Positions 1-11,659 of a stretch of 64,000 nt of DNA are shown in pieces. How positions within the stretch are numbered: the stretch's first letter is position 1; every line of letters starts with the position of its first letter. The position numbers and the translations under genes were made by a program. Source of the DNA: Blepharisma stoltei ATCC 30299 (taxonomy: Eukaryota; Protista; Ciliophora); the NCBI GenBank assembly GCA_965603825.1, contig CBFDEM010000011.1, positions 558,001 through 622,000 on the forward strand. The letters run 5' to 3'. The notes beneath the pieces are model-generated. The model had not been told where the DNA came from, searched no databases, and saw only the letters and a list, made by a program, of their open reading frames with translations.

Positions 1-1365
1 ATTCCTAAGTTTGAAATCTACAACAAACGACCCCTCGTGCCTGTAAATGTCTGCTCGCATTTTCAGGTCTTTCCTAGCATCAACTGACTTGACATTCAGA
101 CTAAAGGCTGATGTGGACTTTCACTCCAGGCCAGCATCACGAAGCGCTAATTGGAGGTTCAACAAAAACTGAGAAGGTGCAAGGGTTGATTTTATCCCAA
201 ACGCCCAGTTATTCGGATCCTCAACTGCTGGCACGATCTCGGAGGAGTCGCACCTTGACGATGCGATCGTGGACAACTCAGCAGTGGAAACTTCGCACGG
301 CTCTTGTTTAAATAGAGGGGTATGATTAGCAGTAATATTATACTTTGAGGTACTACCTGATAGCTTTTGGTCTAACAAAATTTCGTAGCATACAACGATG
401 CTGTCACTTTTTCGCTTCAAAATTCTGTCGCGGGCAAATTTCTTGTCCATCCCTTGTTTGCGAGTTAGGACCAGGGCTTGTTGGAGGATTTCTTCATCTA
501 TAAGTGGTTCTGAAATTTTATATTTTCTTTTAATGTACACATTTGAACTGAGGTGTTTTGGCACCTTATGAGTCAGCCACGGGTGGCTTTGTATCTGTTG
601 TATAGTTATTCTAGCAATTGGGTCTGGGTTCAGCATCCTCATAATCAAGTCTTTCACAGGCTCTGAAAAATGATAAGGCATCACGAAGTTCCCACTCTTA
701 ATCTTTGTGAACAGCGCAGGGATAGACACATCATCAAACGGCAAACTCCCTGCCAACAAGGCAAACAAGACAACGCCAGTACTCCAGACATCGGCTTCAG
801 GTCCACAATACCGATACCCCGAAATGACTTCAGGCGCAACATAATTGGGTGTTCCACAGGACGTTTTCAAGAAATTCCCGTCAGGCATCAGGTTTGCCAG
901 TCCAAAGTCAGCTATTTTAACGTTTCCATGAATATCAAGCAGGAGGTTTTCTGGCTTTATATCTCTGTGGGCCACTCTGTGAGAGTGACAATAAGCAAGT
1001 CCAGAAAGGATCTGCTGAATATAGTTGCGTGCCTGCTCTTCATGGAGTTTCCCATACCGATCTATCAAATTGTAAAGCTCACCTCCTGGGAGATACTCGA
1101 GAACTAGGACAAGGCTTTTTGGAGTTTCTATCACTTCATAGAGTCGGATTATATGAGGATGATGGAACAACTTGAGTACTTGAATTTCCCGTTTTACCTT
1201 GGAGACCATATTTTTCTCGAGGATGGCTCGCTTCTTGAGGACCTTGATAGCGACGTTTGTGGAACTCGAAAGATGCTCGGCAACTATTTAGATTTTACGC
1301 TTAACCTGGCCATAAGTACCGTGACCCAAATGGCCTAAGATTCGATAGTTATCGATAGCTGACAT
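1..1365 (-). CDS. SNF1: AMPK/SNF1 catalytic alpha subunit-like Ser/Thr kinase; 3' end runs off the window; one 15-nt intron
   Basis: ATG at 1365 (MSAIDNYRILGHLGHGTYGQVK|LAEH after splicing 1284-1298). Motifs HRDIKPEN, DFGL, LKTSCGTPNYVAPEVISG. TGA at 121-123 reads as W (AGLE-W-KSTSAFSL...FVVDFKL, AMPK C-terminal-like) and the frame stays open to base 1. Confidence 0.92.
1284..1298 (-). other. 15-nt spliceosomal intron GTAAAATCTAAATAG (contains in-frame TAA)
   Basis: Removal restores the kinase subdomain I sequence GQVKLAEH; GT..AG ends, A at position 10. Confidence 0.92.
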
Positions 1366-3244
1366 TTATATAATTATAAAGTTTTAATAGATTGAAAGAG
1401 ATTAACAGTTCGTGGGCCTTTCGAGGCCACAAATTGTGGCTAGGAAGAAGATTTAGGGATGAATTAGGGATTTAGGAGAGAAGAAGGCATGGGGTGGAAT
1501 TTGGGTTCAAAATTTGAAGGTTAAAGAAAATTGCGTTTAAAAGAATGATAACATTTGGAGAAGCAAGGTTTTTTGAGGAAAAACGAAAGGAGGTGTTTTA
1601 GAAGGAATTGAGGATTTTAGGAGATTTAAATGCGAGGTTTCAGTTAAAAAATTAGGGATTTTTGAGGGAAATTGCTTTTAGGTGAAATTTAGGTTTCAAA
1701 CTGAATAAATTGCAGATTTCAGAGGAAACAGAGAAGTTGGGCAGATAAAAACTTCTAATTGTTAATTTTTATTTTTTCAAATAAAATATTTTTTTTGCAT
1801 TTTTGAAATTAAAATGTCCAGATCAGTCATTAGACCCAAATTTAGCTTTTCGTCTCGTTTGCTTGCGTGAGAGGGCTTCAGAATGAATTGAGCTACTTAA
1901 GCAGCTGCAAGAAAATTATTAAATATGGCTTGGCTTCGTCGTCACAAAGTGGGAAAATGGCTTGCTTCTGATGACTTTTATTTTTATGATAAAATAAATT
2001 CTGGTCTTCTGGACTCGGAATATTTATCAAGTTTTCTATTTTGAGAAGTAATTTAATACCTAATGCAAAATAATTCGTGCGTTTCATAAAATAATTACTT
2101 TTAAGATACTATCTTAATGATTATCAAAATAGCAATTTATTTTAAGGAGAAGCTTGGATTACTTAATTTTTAATAATAATAATAATCCCACTAAGACCTA
2201 TTCAGGTAAAGCAGAAGTTATATCTTTAATCTAAATATTTAATATCATATAGAGTAAACTTAGCTATATCATCCACTTTAATGATAAGAAGCTGATTATA
2301 AAAATAAAAGAAATTTTTGATTGCTATGTGCAGATTAAGAATGGCTGGTGCTTTAAGTTATTTAACTTGCTCAGCTAGCACAATTTACTCGGAAATTGAT
2401 AAACCGAAAGGTAGCTTTCTCAGTTCTCAGAGTTCGTTTATAAGTAAGCACTTGCCACTTAAATTAGAGAGTTGTAAGGAAGCTTAGCTTAGGCTGAGCT
2501 AATTTCGTACATATAATATACTGCTTCAATTTAGATTAACTAAATATAAATTATCTGAATTTTCAGATGGTTTTAATTAAAACAGGATTTTCCAATGGCC
2601 TTTGATTTTTCAAAAATGGAGAAGTCCCGATCTCAATTATTTAAATTTTTATCACAAGTTATAAATATCCGCTAATGACTCAAATTTAAAAGTTTTATAG
2701 TAAAAAATCTTGTGATTTTTTATTTATTCGATTTATTGATAAGACTCAATATCGGATTTAATAATAGCTATGCTAGCCAAAGATTATAAACTCAGTTATT
2801 TTAATGGGAATTTTGAAGATAGATTGAAAATAACTCTTGAGTTTGCAAAGATGTACCTGTGGGATGAAGAGCTAATTTATTTTGATTAAAAATTATAAGT
2901 TGATATAATTAAATTGCTTATTATCGAGAACACTAATAAATTTTCTGATTAAATGAGTTAAAACCATTTATCAGTAATTAAATTATTATTTAAAATCCAA
3001 AATGATCGAATCTATAATAATCATCGATGATTATTGCATATATTAAGCCTATATTTTTATAATCAACTCCATAATTCTGATATCATTAGAATCTCAATCT
3101 TACCATAATTCCCAAACAAATTAAAGAAACTAATCAAAATATTACAATGCATTCAAATAAATTAAATTTATGTAAAAAAGCGTAATAGAATTTAATAAAT
3201 TTGTTTTAATATCAATAAAATAAGTATTTAGTAGATCTTTAAAG

Positions 3245-4402
3245 ATGAAAAATACACCTCTTTACACCTTCATTGCTTTTACAGTTGGAGGTGGTATTAT
3301 GAGTCTACCTTGGGCTATGATGAACTCAGGATGACTGCTCAGCCTTGTTGTATTTTGCCTTATTTGTTTCACATACTGAATAATTTACAATTCCTTGATC
3401 TACGCTATTGAAGGCTCCGCTAACCACAACTACGCTGCAGTGGTCAAATTCTACTACGGCATTTGGCCTGCCAGAGGAGTTTTAGTCGCAATTTGTATTC
3501 ACTGTGTACTTCTTATGAGCATCCACTTTATTCGTATAATGGAGCTATTTAGATTCGTGACTGTTTGAATAGGGATTTTTTCTAAAGAAGATTTTACTTT
3601 ATGAGTTGACACGCTTATTATCATGATAATTTCTATTCCTTTATTTATTTTTGGGTCATATATTCGGCTTCATACACTGAAACATATCCCAATCTTCATA
3701 TTTTTTGCATGGGTCTATTTAATTTTACTTGCTATTAAAGATATTTTACTTGGAAATGTCAGAGAAACAGGCCCACCTGCTATTGAGATGAGAAACAGCA
3801 CTGATATTTTGTGGACGGCCATTGAGTCGTTTAATGCGATTCAATGTGTCCCTATTATTTATCAAGAAACGCAAGACAGCCTTTTAATTAGGAAATCAAT
3901 TACAAGAGGGCTCATTATTGCGTTTTTGCTGTTTTCAGTATCAGGGATCATAGGGTCAAATTTTCATAAGGGGAAAATTACAGAATTGTCATTGGTCCAT
4001 TTTAGCATTAATAATGCTAATTTAAACAGAGGAATTGATTATTTTATGGTTATTGGGATTCTAGGGATTATTGTTGCTTTAGTTTTCTCAATTCTCTTAC
4101 TGATAAGCCCAGCAAGACTCTCCGTAAATCAATTGGCTAAAGGGGTTTATTTCAGCTATAATAAAACAGAGCATCATATTATCACTTATTTAATATTGGC
4201 AACTAGCATGGTTTTACCGTTAATTTTTTCTTTTGATTTGAATGATTTTATGCTTTTGAGAAAAGTCTCAAAACTGCTGTTTTGCCTTTGCTATCCATTT
4301 TTGATTTATATGATGGTTGATAAGTCACTTCTGAAGAAAATTGCTTTTGGGGTCTGGATAGGATTTTTGTTTTTCGCTTGCATTTATGGAATGGATTGGT
4401 AA
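3245..4402 (+). CDS. Amino-acid/auxin permease (Aa_trans, SLC38/36-like) transporter, 385 aa
   Basis: N-terminal motif FTVGGGIMSLPWAMMNSG-W(TGA)-LLS and many hydrophobic segments; one frame with 4 TGA and no TAA/TAG until 4400-4402. Confidence 0.8.
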
Positions 4403-4535
4403 GACAAATAGAATAAATAATATGATAATTATGAAGGCAAATCTTACATTAAATTTTACTAATATTACAGGTTATTGATTTTTTAGCATATTTTCGATTG
4501 CAGATGCTTGGCATTGAGTAATTCGAAGCCAATTC

Positions 4536-5460
4536 TTATCGGTATTTAACTACGCATTTATTTTTGCGACTTCAAGCTTTTCTTTGAGCTTCTCTTTTTT
4601 TTTTAAGAACTAAGCTCCCTTGTTGAGCCTTTTTCAAATTTTCTTTGAGATCTTCAAAAATTGTATCATTTGTAGAGATTTTTTCATCTGAAGCTGAGCA
4701 AATTGAGCTGAGCTCCAAAGAAAACGCTGGTCTTGTTTTGTATGCTTGACCAATTGATCCTTCTAATAAAAAGCTGCTCTCTTTCATTTCCAGCTCGAAT
4801 TCTGAAGACTGGAATCTTGCTAACATCAGAGCTTTCTTTCTTCAAAGCTCATTTTTGACTTGCTTTATTTTTCCAGCTTCTATTAACTCTAACAGCTCTA
4901 GAGCACTCTTGTCAGCTGAAATTAGCTCTTTGAGGAGGACTCTGTATTGAAGAGCTTCGTCCTTTGCCATCTCAAGAATTCTTCCTTTGCTTTCTTCGAG
5001 TTCTTGAATTTTATTCATTAGATCTTTTTCGATAGAAGGATTCTTGGATAAATTTTCCTTCCTAGAAAGCATCAATAGAGAAATTTGGCGTGAATTAAAG
5101 GTGGCAGGATCAAAATGCAGGTCTTCGAAGCGATTTAATTTCTCTTGGAGGTCTTCTGAGAGTTTATTGGCCTTTTCTAAATTGTTCTTCAAGTTGGATT
5201 TTTCTTGCCTAAGAGTCTCAATTTTAGCTTCAGAGCTTTGATTTTTCTCTTCAGCATCGTTTAGTAGTTGCTTGAGTTTTAGGATTTCTATGCTTTGGTT
5301 TTAAGAACCTCTTCTTGAGTCTTGATAATTTTTGCTTGATTGCTCAATTGCTTATAGGGTGGTGGAATTGAGAAAGTGTTGGGTAAAGGCAATGGAGTAA
5401 TAGAGCTTTCTTCAGCGATATCAGAGTCTTCGAATTCGTCGAGGAATCTTGAGAAGACAT
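4536..5460 (-). pseudogene. Coiled-coil protein gene, probably disrupted (apparent frameshifts near 5293 and in the T10 run 4595-4604); boundaries uncertain
   Basis: E/K/L-rich frame 5290-4572 is continuous through TGA at 4842, but the most protein-like upstream and downstream segments lie in other frames and no consensus 15-nt intron bridges them. Confidence 0.4.
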
Positions 5461-6273
5461 TGGTAGCGTGGATATTTACTGAATTGCTACAAATTTATAA
5501 GAATAGTTATGACTATGACTTGATTTATTTATGATTGAATCATTTTACCATTCACATCATACAAGTGCTCAATTTTTTATGATTTTTTTCATTTTCAGGA
5601 TATCTTTAACTAGTCCTAGCATTTTTTTAAATAAATTTCAAAATCAGTCATGTCGGTAGCTCTTGGCTCGGCCTGAATTAAGGTAATTTTTCAATAATTT
5701 CTTCCGAATTACTTCAAATTCTCTTCCTGAGTCAAGCAAACTAAATGATTTATGCTAGTGCCTTAGTGCCTATGCATAAGATTGTCCAAACTCGACATTC
5801 AACTACGTATCTAAAGAAATCTAAAAAGCTGCTCCTTTTACATAAAAACGTTTTATTTATTTTTCCAATTTTAAAAATATATTTTGCATTGAAGCATTAG
5901 GATGGAGTTGCATTAAGAAAGCAAAAGCATATTAAATAAATCATCGTTTAACCTAATAGTATGGAAGATTAGTAGGCTCATTTTCATTTAATATACTTGT
6001 ACATTTATGATACTTATAAATAAGCACCATAAATAATAAAAATTTATAAAGAGATGATATTCCATTGGCAAAAAAGGCAAGTTTAAAAAATTTGCGTTTC
6101 TGCTATATAAATTAAAATATAAAATAATTAAAAAAAGAAACCCTGATATTTAATGCATAATTTAGCAATTTTACCATTTTTGAGGATGTAACCATTTTAG
6201 ATTCTATAAAAATGTTAATCTGCTAATATATTCAAAGCCAATTTTTAATATAGTTAATTTTAGAGCATCTTCA

Positions 6274-7521
6274 ATGACAGATCCGCTAAGCCCTTTTGAA
6301 GCTTTTGCAATTTTCTGTGCTTTCACAATTGGAGGAGGTATTATGGCTTTACCGATGGCTATGTCTCAATCAGGCTGGTTGCTAAGCATAATTGTTCTCT
6401 GTGCTGCTTCTTATTATTTTTTTAGAATCTACTCGTTTCTCATTGGCTTGATGAAACAAACAGCAAAAACCCATATGCACATCGTGTATTGTGATCTCTA
6501 CGGGCAAATTTTTTCATTATGTAGTTCAGTCCTGATCTCTGGGCACATTTACTTTCTCCTATGTCTTATGATAATTCGTGAGATGAAGCTAATAAGGTTT
6601 CTTTTAATCTGAACTCTCAACTACCTAGAATTCTCCTGGCTAAGCTCGACATTGGGAGATCTATATATTTTCAAACCATGCACAGTTATACTTTTGTGTT
6701 TTTTGTTATGATTATGCGGGAGTTGTAGAGGATTCAAATCTTTTAGCTGAATTCCATTACTAAATTTAGTTGTATGGATTTATTTTATACTGCTTGCTGT
6801 TAGAGACATTTTATTTAACGATAAAATCAAGACTTTATCAGTTCCAGCTTATAACTATGAAGAGACTGACGAGATTATGTGATGTGCCTTAGAAGCTTTT
6901 AATTCTATTCAGGGATTCGCGCTATTGTATTTTGATGTTCAAAATGCTGACGTGACGAGAAAAATAATAAAATATGGATTGTGGGCTGCTTTAATTATAT
7001 CTTCTTCTGCAGCTTGGCTGGGATCTAGTTATCACTTAGGAAATCTGAATTGGCTGTCAATGGCGCATGTCGGTCTTGGCTCAAGCAACCTAAATGAAAC
7101 CCCTTTCAGCTGATTGATTTTCATAGGCCTTGCTGCTTTAACTGTTTCATTTTTTATTTCAATAATGCTTGTGCTAAATCAGGTTAGAACATCATTAGCA
7201 CATTTAATAGACTACCAAGAAAAACATTTTCACGAAGAAACTTATAATTGAAGTTTACCATTAAATCTCTTTATAGTCTTACTGGGTGTTGGAGCTTTGA
7301 GTTTTACTTTTGAGAATTATCCTTTACTTATTACAGTCAGAAGGATAATGCTTTTTATATTTTGTGTTTTTTATCCTTATTTAATCTATATTAAAGAGGA
7401 TGGTCCAAAATTAAGAAAGATCCTATACGGGCTCTTAATAGCCCTATTTTTGGTGTTTGTTCCCAACATAGAAATTGGATTAAAGGCTCTTATCTCAAAT
7501 GACATGAATAAAGAGCTATAA
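6274..7521 (+). CDS. Amino-acid permease (Aa_trans) paralog of 3245-4402, 415 aa
   Basis: FTIGGGIMALPMAMSQSGWLLS. Three track ORFs share one frame joined by 6 TGA; EIM-W(TGA)-CALEAFN aligns with DILWTAIESFN of the paralog. Confidence 0.8.
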
Positions 7522-7563
7522 TTAAGAATAAAATACAATTGAATTAAATTATAATTTTTAGCA

Positions 7564-8316
7564 TTAGTTTTCTGACATGCTCACTCCTAGATGAACCAGC
7601 AGCTGCTTGGGCTTTTTTTTGTTCGGGGAGGCTGAGTTAGATTGCTCATGTGAGTGGATTACAGGGAACTTTTCTAACGAATTATCTGAAATTTTGCTTA
7701 TATTTAGCCCAAATTCTAATGATCGATATCTTTGGTGATTTCTAAGCTTAAACTTAGAAATCGGCCCTTTACTATGAATACTTGATATTGACTCTACAAG
7801 CTTATACTCTTGTAAGGAATCTTGATACACCTTAGCTGAATTATTGCTAAGACTTTGCGATATTAAAAACCGCCGCATTTTCGGGCTTATTTCTCTCAAC
7901 GAATTTTCTCTGCTACGTTGGTTTTCTGACCTCAAAGACCGTTGTGACTGGATTTTTTTATCCTCATTAATTTTCGGTGGAATAGGGGATTTCGCAAATT
8001 GATCGTTCGACGGCAATTTTTGCAAAAAAGTGTTTAAATCTTCTTTGGCTTGGTCAAAATAAGGACTTCTCCTTCTATTAAAAGTTTTAATTACTGAATT
8101 CACTTGTCGAGAAGCCCTATGATAAGGCTTGAATCTCCTCTCCAAATAATGATCTGAAGGCACAGTCTTGATATTAGAGTCACACGAATCATTAGGCGAC
8201 TTATAGATTTTTTCTATTTGGTTTATAAAGCTGCGCTCCGAAATTTTAGTCACCGGCGAGCTGCTGTTACACCTATCTGATTCATTTGGTCTTGAATTGA
8301 ATTTTAAGACATCCAT
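7564..8316 (-). CDS. Hypothetical Ser/Lys/Arg-rich protein, 250 aa
   Basis: ATG-to-TAA ORF with AT-rich flanks; no recognised domain. Confidence 0.6.
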   Translation of the reverse strand: MDVLKFNSRPNESDRCNSSSPVTKISERSFINQIEKIYKSPNDSCDSNIKTVPSDHYLERRFKPYHRASRQVNSVIKTFNRRRSPYFDQAKEDLNTFLQKLPSNDQFAKSPIPPKINEDKKIQSQRSLRSENQRSRENSLREISPKMRRFLISQSLSNNSAKVYQDSLQEYKLVESISSIHSKGPISKFKLRNHQRYRSLEFGLNISKISDNSLEKFPVIHSHEQSNSASPNKKKPKQLLVHLGVSMSEN

Positions 8317-8446
8317 TTACTGTGAATTAATAATTCCAATAAAAAAATTCCTGTAAACCTGTCCGTGCAATCAGCTTATTTGTTAGAAAAATTGATAAAT
8401 ACTGTAAATAATATCCATTCGTGATAATAAAGTTGATAAAATTAAT

Positions 8447-9517
8447 ATGCAAGATAAAGAAGCCACACTTAATTTATCATCTAACAAATTCTCAAGTCGA
8501 CATAGTAGGCAGTTTTCTTGCTCCCCCGCTGCAAATTGATCAGCAAAAACACCGAGACACCATAAAAGCCGCACGATTTCTCATAATACACCGACAAATC
8601 AGTTCTCGTTCAACTTGCAGAATTCACTGTTGCACATACTGCAAAAGCAAAATACAGGAAAATTTATAAGCCCGAACCCCAGAAGTCATTCTACTGAGCC
8701 GCCTACAGATGAGTCGAGCCAGGAACGCATAAATGTGTCAACTCAGTGTGATGAGCTAATTTCAAGAGATTTTGAAAATACTGGGAAATGTATCTTAAAC
8801 CGAGTTAAATTACAATTATTAAAGGAAAACAATAATAACATACCGAATCAAATAAAATTAAAAGACAAAAAGCTTCCTACGATGAAATTCAAAATTCCAG
8901 AGAGATTTACAGAAAATTCAAGATCTAAAGAAAAAAAGCCGAAATATATTAGACCGAAAATATCAGTTGAAATCCGACACCTAGAAGCCTTAGTAGATGC
9001 TAAAATCTTAAGAGGCGAACAAGCATTTATGGATGATAAGTTGCCTCCTATAAAACTTCCTGAAGAAAAGCCAATCCAAGAGCACGCCCCAAAACATCAG
9101 CGAGCACTAACTACAAGAGAAAATACTAATGACCCAAAAATAGTGTCTTCCACTACCCAATATCATCATGATGGTATCAGAAAGCTTCAATCAAGATGCA
9201 AAAACTACGCCAAAAAGCCTGCTCGATTCCTCCCAATTGAAGAAATCGAGAACCAGATCGGAATAAACAAAGATTTTTCCTTTAAGCCTCATCAGAATAT
9301 CAGCCTTGACATGAAACTTCTGAGGGAAACCGACGAAATAATTACACAAAAAAAGCTCGAAATGGACAAAATCGCGAGAATTTATGAAGCTGGCCTAAAG
9401 AAAAACAGCATTTTAAAAAATTCCAAAAATTTCGGGGAGACTTGGAATTGGAGTTCACCTGAGGAAAGTCCTTACACCAATAAAATTGTCAGCTTTGACA
9501 CGTCGATAGCTTCATAA
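8447..9517 (+). CDS. Hypothetical Lys-rich protein, 356 aa
   Basis: Track ORF 8615 extends upstream through one TGA to ATG 8447 (MQDKEATL...). Confidence 0.6.
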
Positions 9518-9555
9518 ATTATTTATAAATAATTATAATATTTAAACTATTACAA

Positions 9556-10851
9556 ATGGAAAACTCTCAAATCCCTGTTATCCAGCCTCAGGAAGACACA
9601 GCCCCTGAAATCGACCCAGAAGAACTTTTTAACCAAGGCCTCTTTGACCTCAAAGAAAACAACACTGACCTAGCTGTAAAAAAACTCGGGAAAAGTTTGC
9701 AGATAATTAGCGCGAAAAGAGGAGAGCTGGACATGTCACTTTATAAATACTATTACCACTACGCAGACGCTTTGCTAGTCCAATATGAAGAAGAACAAGG
9801 AGATAACTTGTTTGGAACGGAGCTACCAGAAGAGGAAGAATACTCCAATGATGAAGAAAATGAATCAGGCTCTGCAGAAGAAGGCGAAAGTCAAGAAGGC
9901 TCTCAAGAAAACGAAGAAAATAATAGTGAAGGCGAAGAAGAATCAAATGAGCAGCAAAGCGAGTCAGAAGAAGAGCCAGAAGAAGAAGAGGAACAGCAGC
10001 CAAGCCCACCTGAAGAACAACAGAACCCTTCAGCAGACAAAAAAGATGAGCTTGAGGACTTACAAATTGTGTGGGAAAATTTAGAAACTTGCCGAATTAT
10101 TCTGAAATCTAACCAAAATGATCCTGAATATTTGCTAAAAACTTATACTAGGCTTGGAGATGTAAAAAACTGGAACGAGGATTTTAACGGGGCTTGTGAA
10201 GAATACTCAGAAGCTCTTGGGCTACTTTTACAGCTAGAAGGGGACATTTTTTCAAGGAGAAAAGCTGAGCTTTATTTTCTTATCGGAACAACTCATTTAA
10301 ATCAGCCAGGAAAAGAAAAAGAAGCCGCCGAGAGTTTTACAAAGGCCTTAGAGCAGCTAGAAATGGTGAAAATGAGGATTTTTGACTATGAAATAATCAA
10401 AGAACTGACTGACGTCATTGAAGAGGTTAAAATGAAAAGGGAAGACGCCATTGAACAAGAACAAAGCTTGAAAATATTGCAAGAGGAAAAGGAACAAGAA
10501 GAAAAGGCAAATGAAGGATTCGCCTCATCAGCCATTTCAGGGGATGTCAAAGATTTAGGGACTTTTGGGAAAAGGAAAAAAGAGCAGAATAATGGGGAAA
10601 ATAAGGATATTATTGCAAAAAACGAAGCAGAAAAGCCTTCTATTTTTGGAGGGCCGGTTGTGGACATTGGGATTTTTGGAAAAAGAAAAGCTGAGCCAGA
10701 AGCTTTATTTAAAAATCTTGCAAAACCTGAAGAATCTGAAGTCAAAGATTTAGGGATTTTTGGAAAGAGGCAAAGAGAAGAATCCCAAGAAAATGTGAAT
10801 ACCAATGCAAAGGAAGGAGACCCCAGCAAGCACCCAAAAATCAACCCTTAA
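9556..10851 (+). CDS. NASP: NASP/Sim3/Hif1-family histone chaperone (SHNi-TPR)
   Basis: TPR helices with a long acidic insertion (YYYHYADALL...Glu tract...EDLQIVWENLETCRII), then RLGDVKNWNEDFNGACEEYSEAL and RRKAELYFLIG; basic C-terminal motifs. Confidence 0.8.
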   Translation: MENSQIPVIQPQEDTAPEIDPEELFNQGLFDLKENNTDLAVKKLGKSLQIISAKRGELDMSLYKYYYHYADALLVQYEEEQGDNLFGTELPEEEEYSNDEENESGSAEEGESQEGSQENEENNSEGEEESNEQQSESEEEPEEEEEQQPSPPEEQQNPSADKKDELEDLQIVWENLETCRIILKSNQNDPEYLLKTYTRLGDVKNWNEDFNGACEEYSEALGLLLQLEGDIFSRRKAELYFLIGTTHLNQPGKEKEAAESFTKALEQLEMVKMRIFDYEIIKELTDVIEEVKMKREDAIEQEQSLKILQEEKEQEEKANEGFASSAISGDVKDLGTFGKRKKEQNNGENKDIIAKNEAEKPSIFGGPVVDIGIFGKRKAEPEALFKNLAKPEESEVKDLGIFGKRQREESQENVNTNAKEGDPSKHPKINP

Positions 10852-10864
10852 TGAACATATATTA

Positions 10865-11638
10865 TTAATTAGATTCTCTTAAATCATTTTTTAGTTCTCC
10901 TAGCAATGTTTTTACATATTTTGGAATGCCTGTAGATGTCAATTTTCTTGCCAATTTATTCATCACATTGGTCATTCCAATATCGATATGAGAAACACTC
11001 GTCACGCGTGTAATATTACCGTTTTCATCTTTTTCTATAGGCTCATAATAATATCCACCTACGAAAAGCTTGACTCTTACATAATCATTTTGGATAGGAA
11101 ATTCGTCAGATTCGACAGAGGTACTTAAATCTGCGACTGCGCCCCCGATTTTTGCCTTTCTACAAGCAATTAAATTTTCTCGGGATGCAATTGTCCATTG
11201 TTTCTTATAGATTGTTCGAATTATACAGGTATCGAGATCAATTTGTGCAATCTTTTTCGTAGACAGCACGTTTTTATCTCATATAGGTCTTTTGTCAAGT
11301 TTTTGTAAAAATGATCAAAGCACATTTGACTCATACGGCATCAAAAATTGATACTTAACCAAGTATCCATCTGCTGTTTCTTTTCCAGAGACTCTGCAAT
11401 CTGGGTTATCCACGACGATTTCACAGCCTCCTCCTTCAATCCCTTCATTTATCAATCCCATAAATTCCACCTTGGCAATTTCTAATTTATTCATAACTTC
11501 GCATGTATTAAATCCTTTTATGACCATTGGGATTGTTTGTATTGGCTTATTTTTTTCTTTATTTTCTAATAGTACAATTTCTGATGCCTCGTTATTCTTC
11601 ATGCATGCATTACAGATTTTCGATATGTTGTTCCCCAT
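10865..11638 (-). CDS. START-domain lipid-binding protein, 257 aa, possible N-myristoylation (MGNNIS)
   Basis: Two track ORFs joined through two TGA; KRPI-W(TGA)-DKNV matches the START RxxWD motif; also SRENL, SVESDEFP, YVRVKLFVGGYYYEP, SHIDIG. Confidence 0.8.
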
Positions 11639-11659
11639 ATTAATCTTAATATCGATTAT

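Noticed and set aside
1453-1700. Scattered TTAGGG/TTTAGG words suggesting telomeric repeats
   Set aside because: Not tandem or periodic; explained by the purine-skewed composition.
2341-2505. One frame reads like a coiled coil if TAA/TAG were Gln; another gives a 48-aa ORF
   Set aside because: Too short, no recognisable homology, and TAA/TAG behave as stops in all confident genes.
5293-5308. Candidate 16-nt intron GTTCTTAAAACCAAAG that would repair the coiled-coil gene
   Set aside because: Lacks the GTA start and the A six bases from the 3' end.
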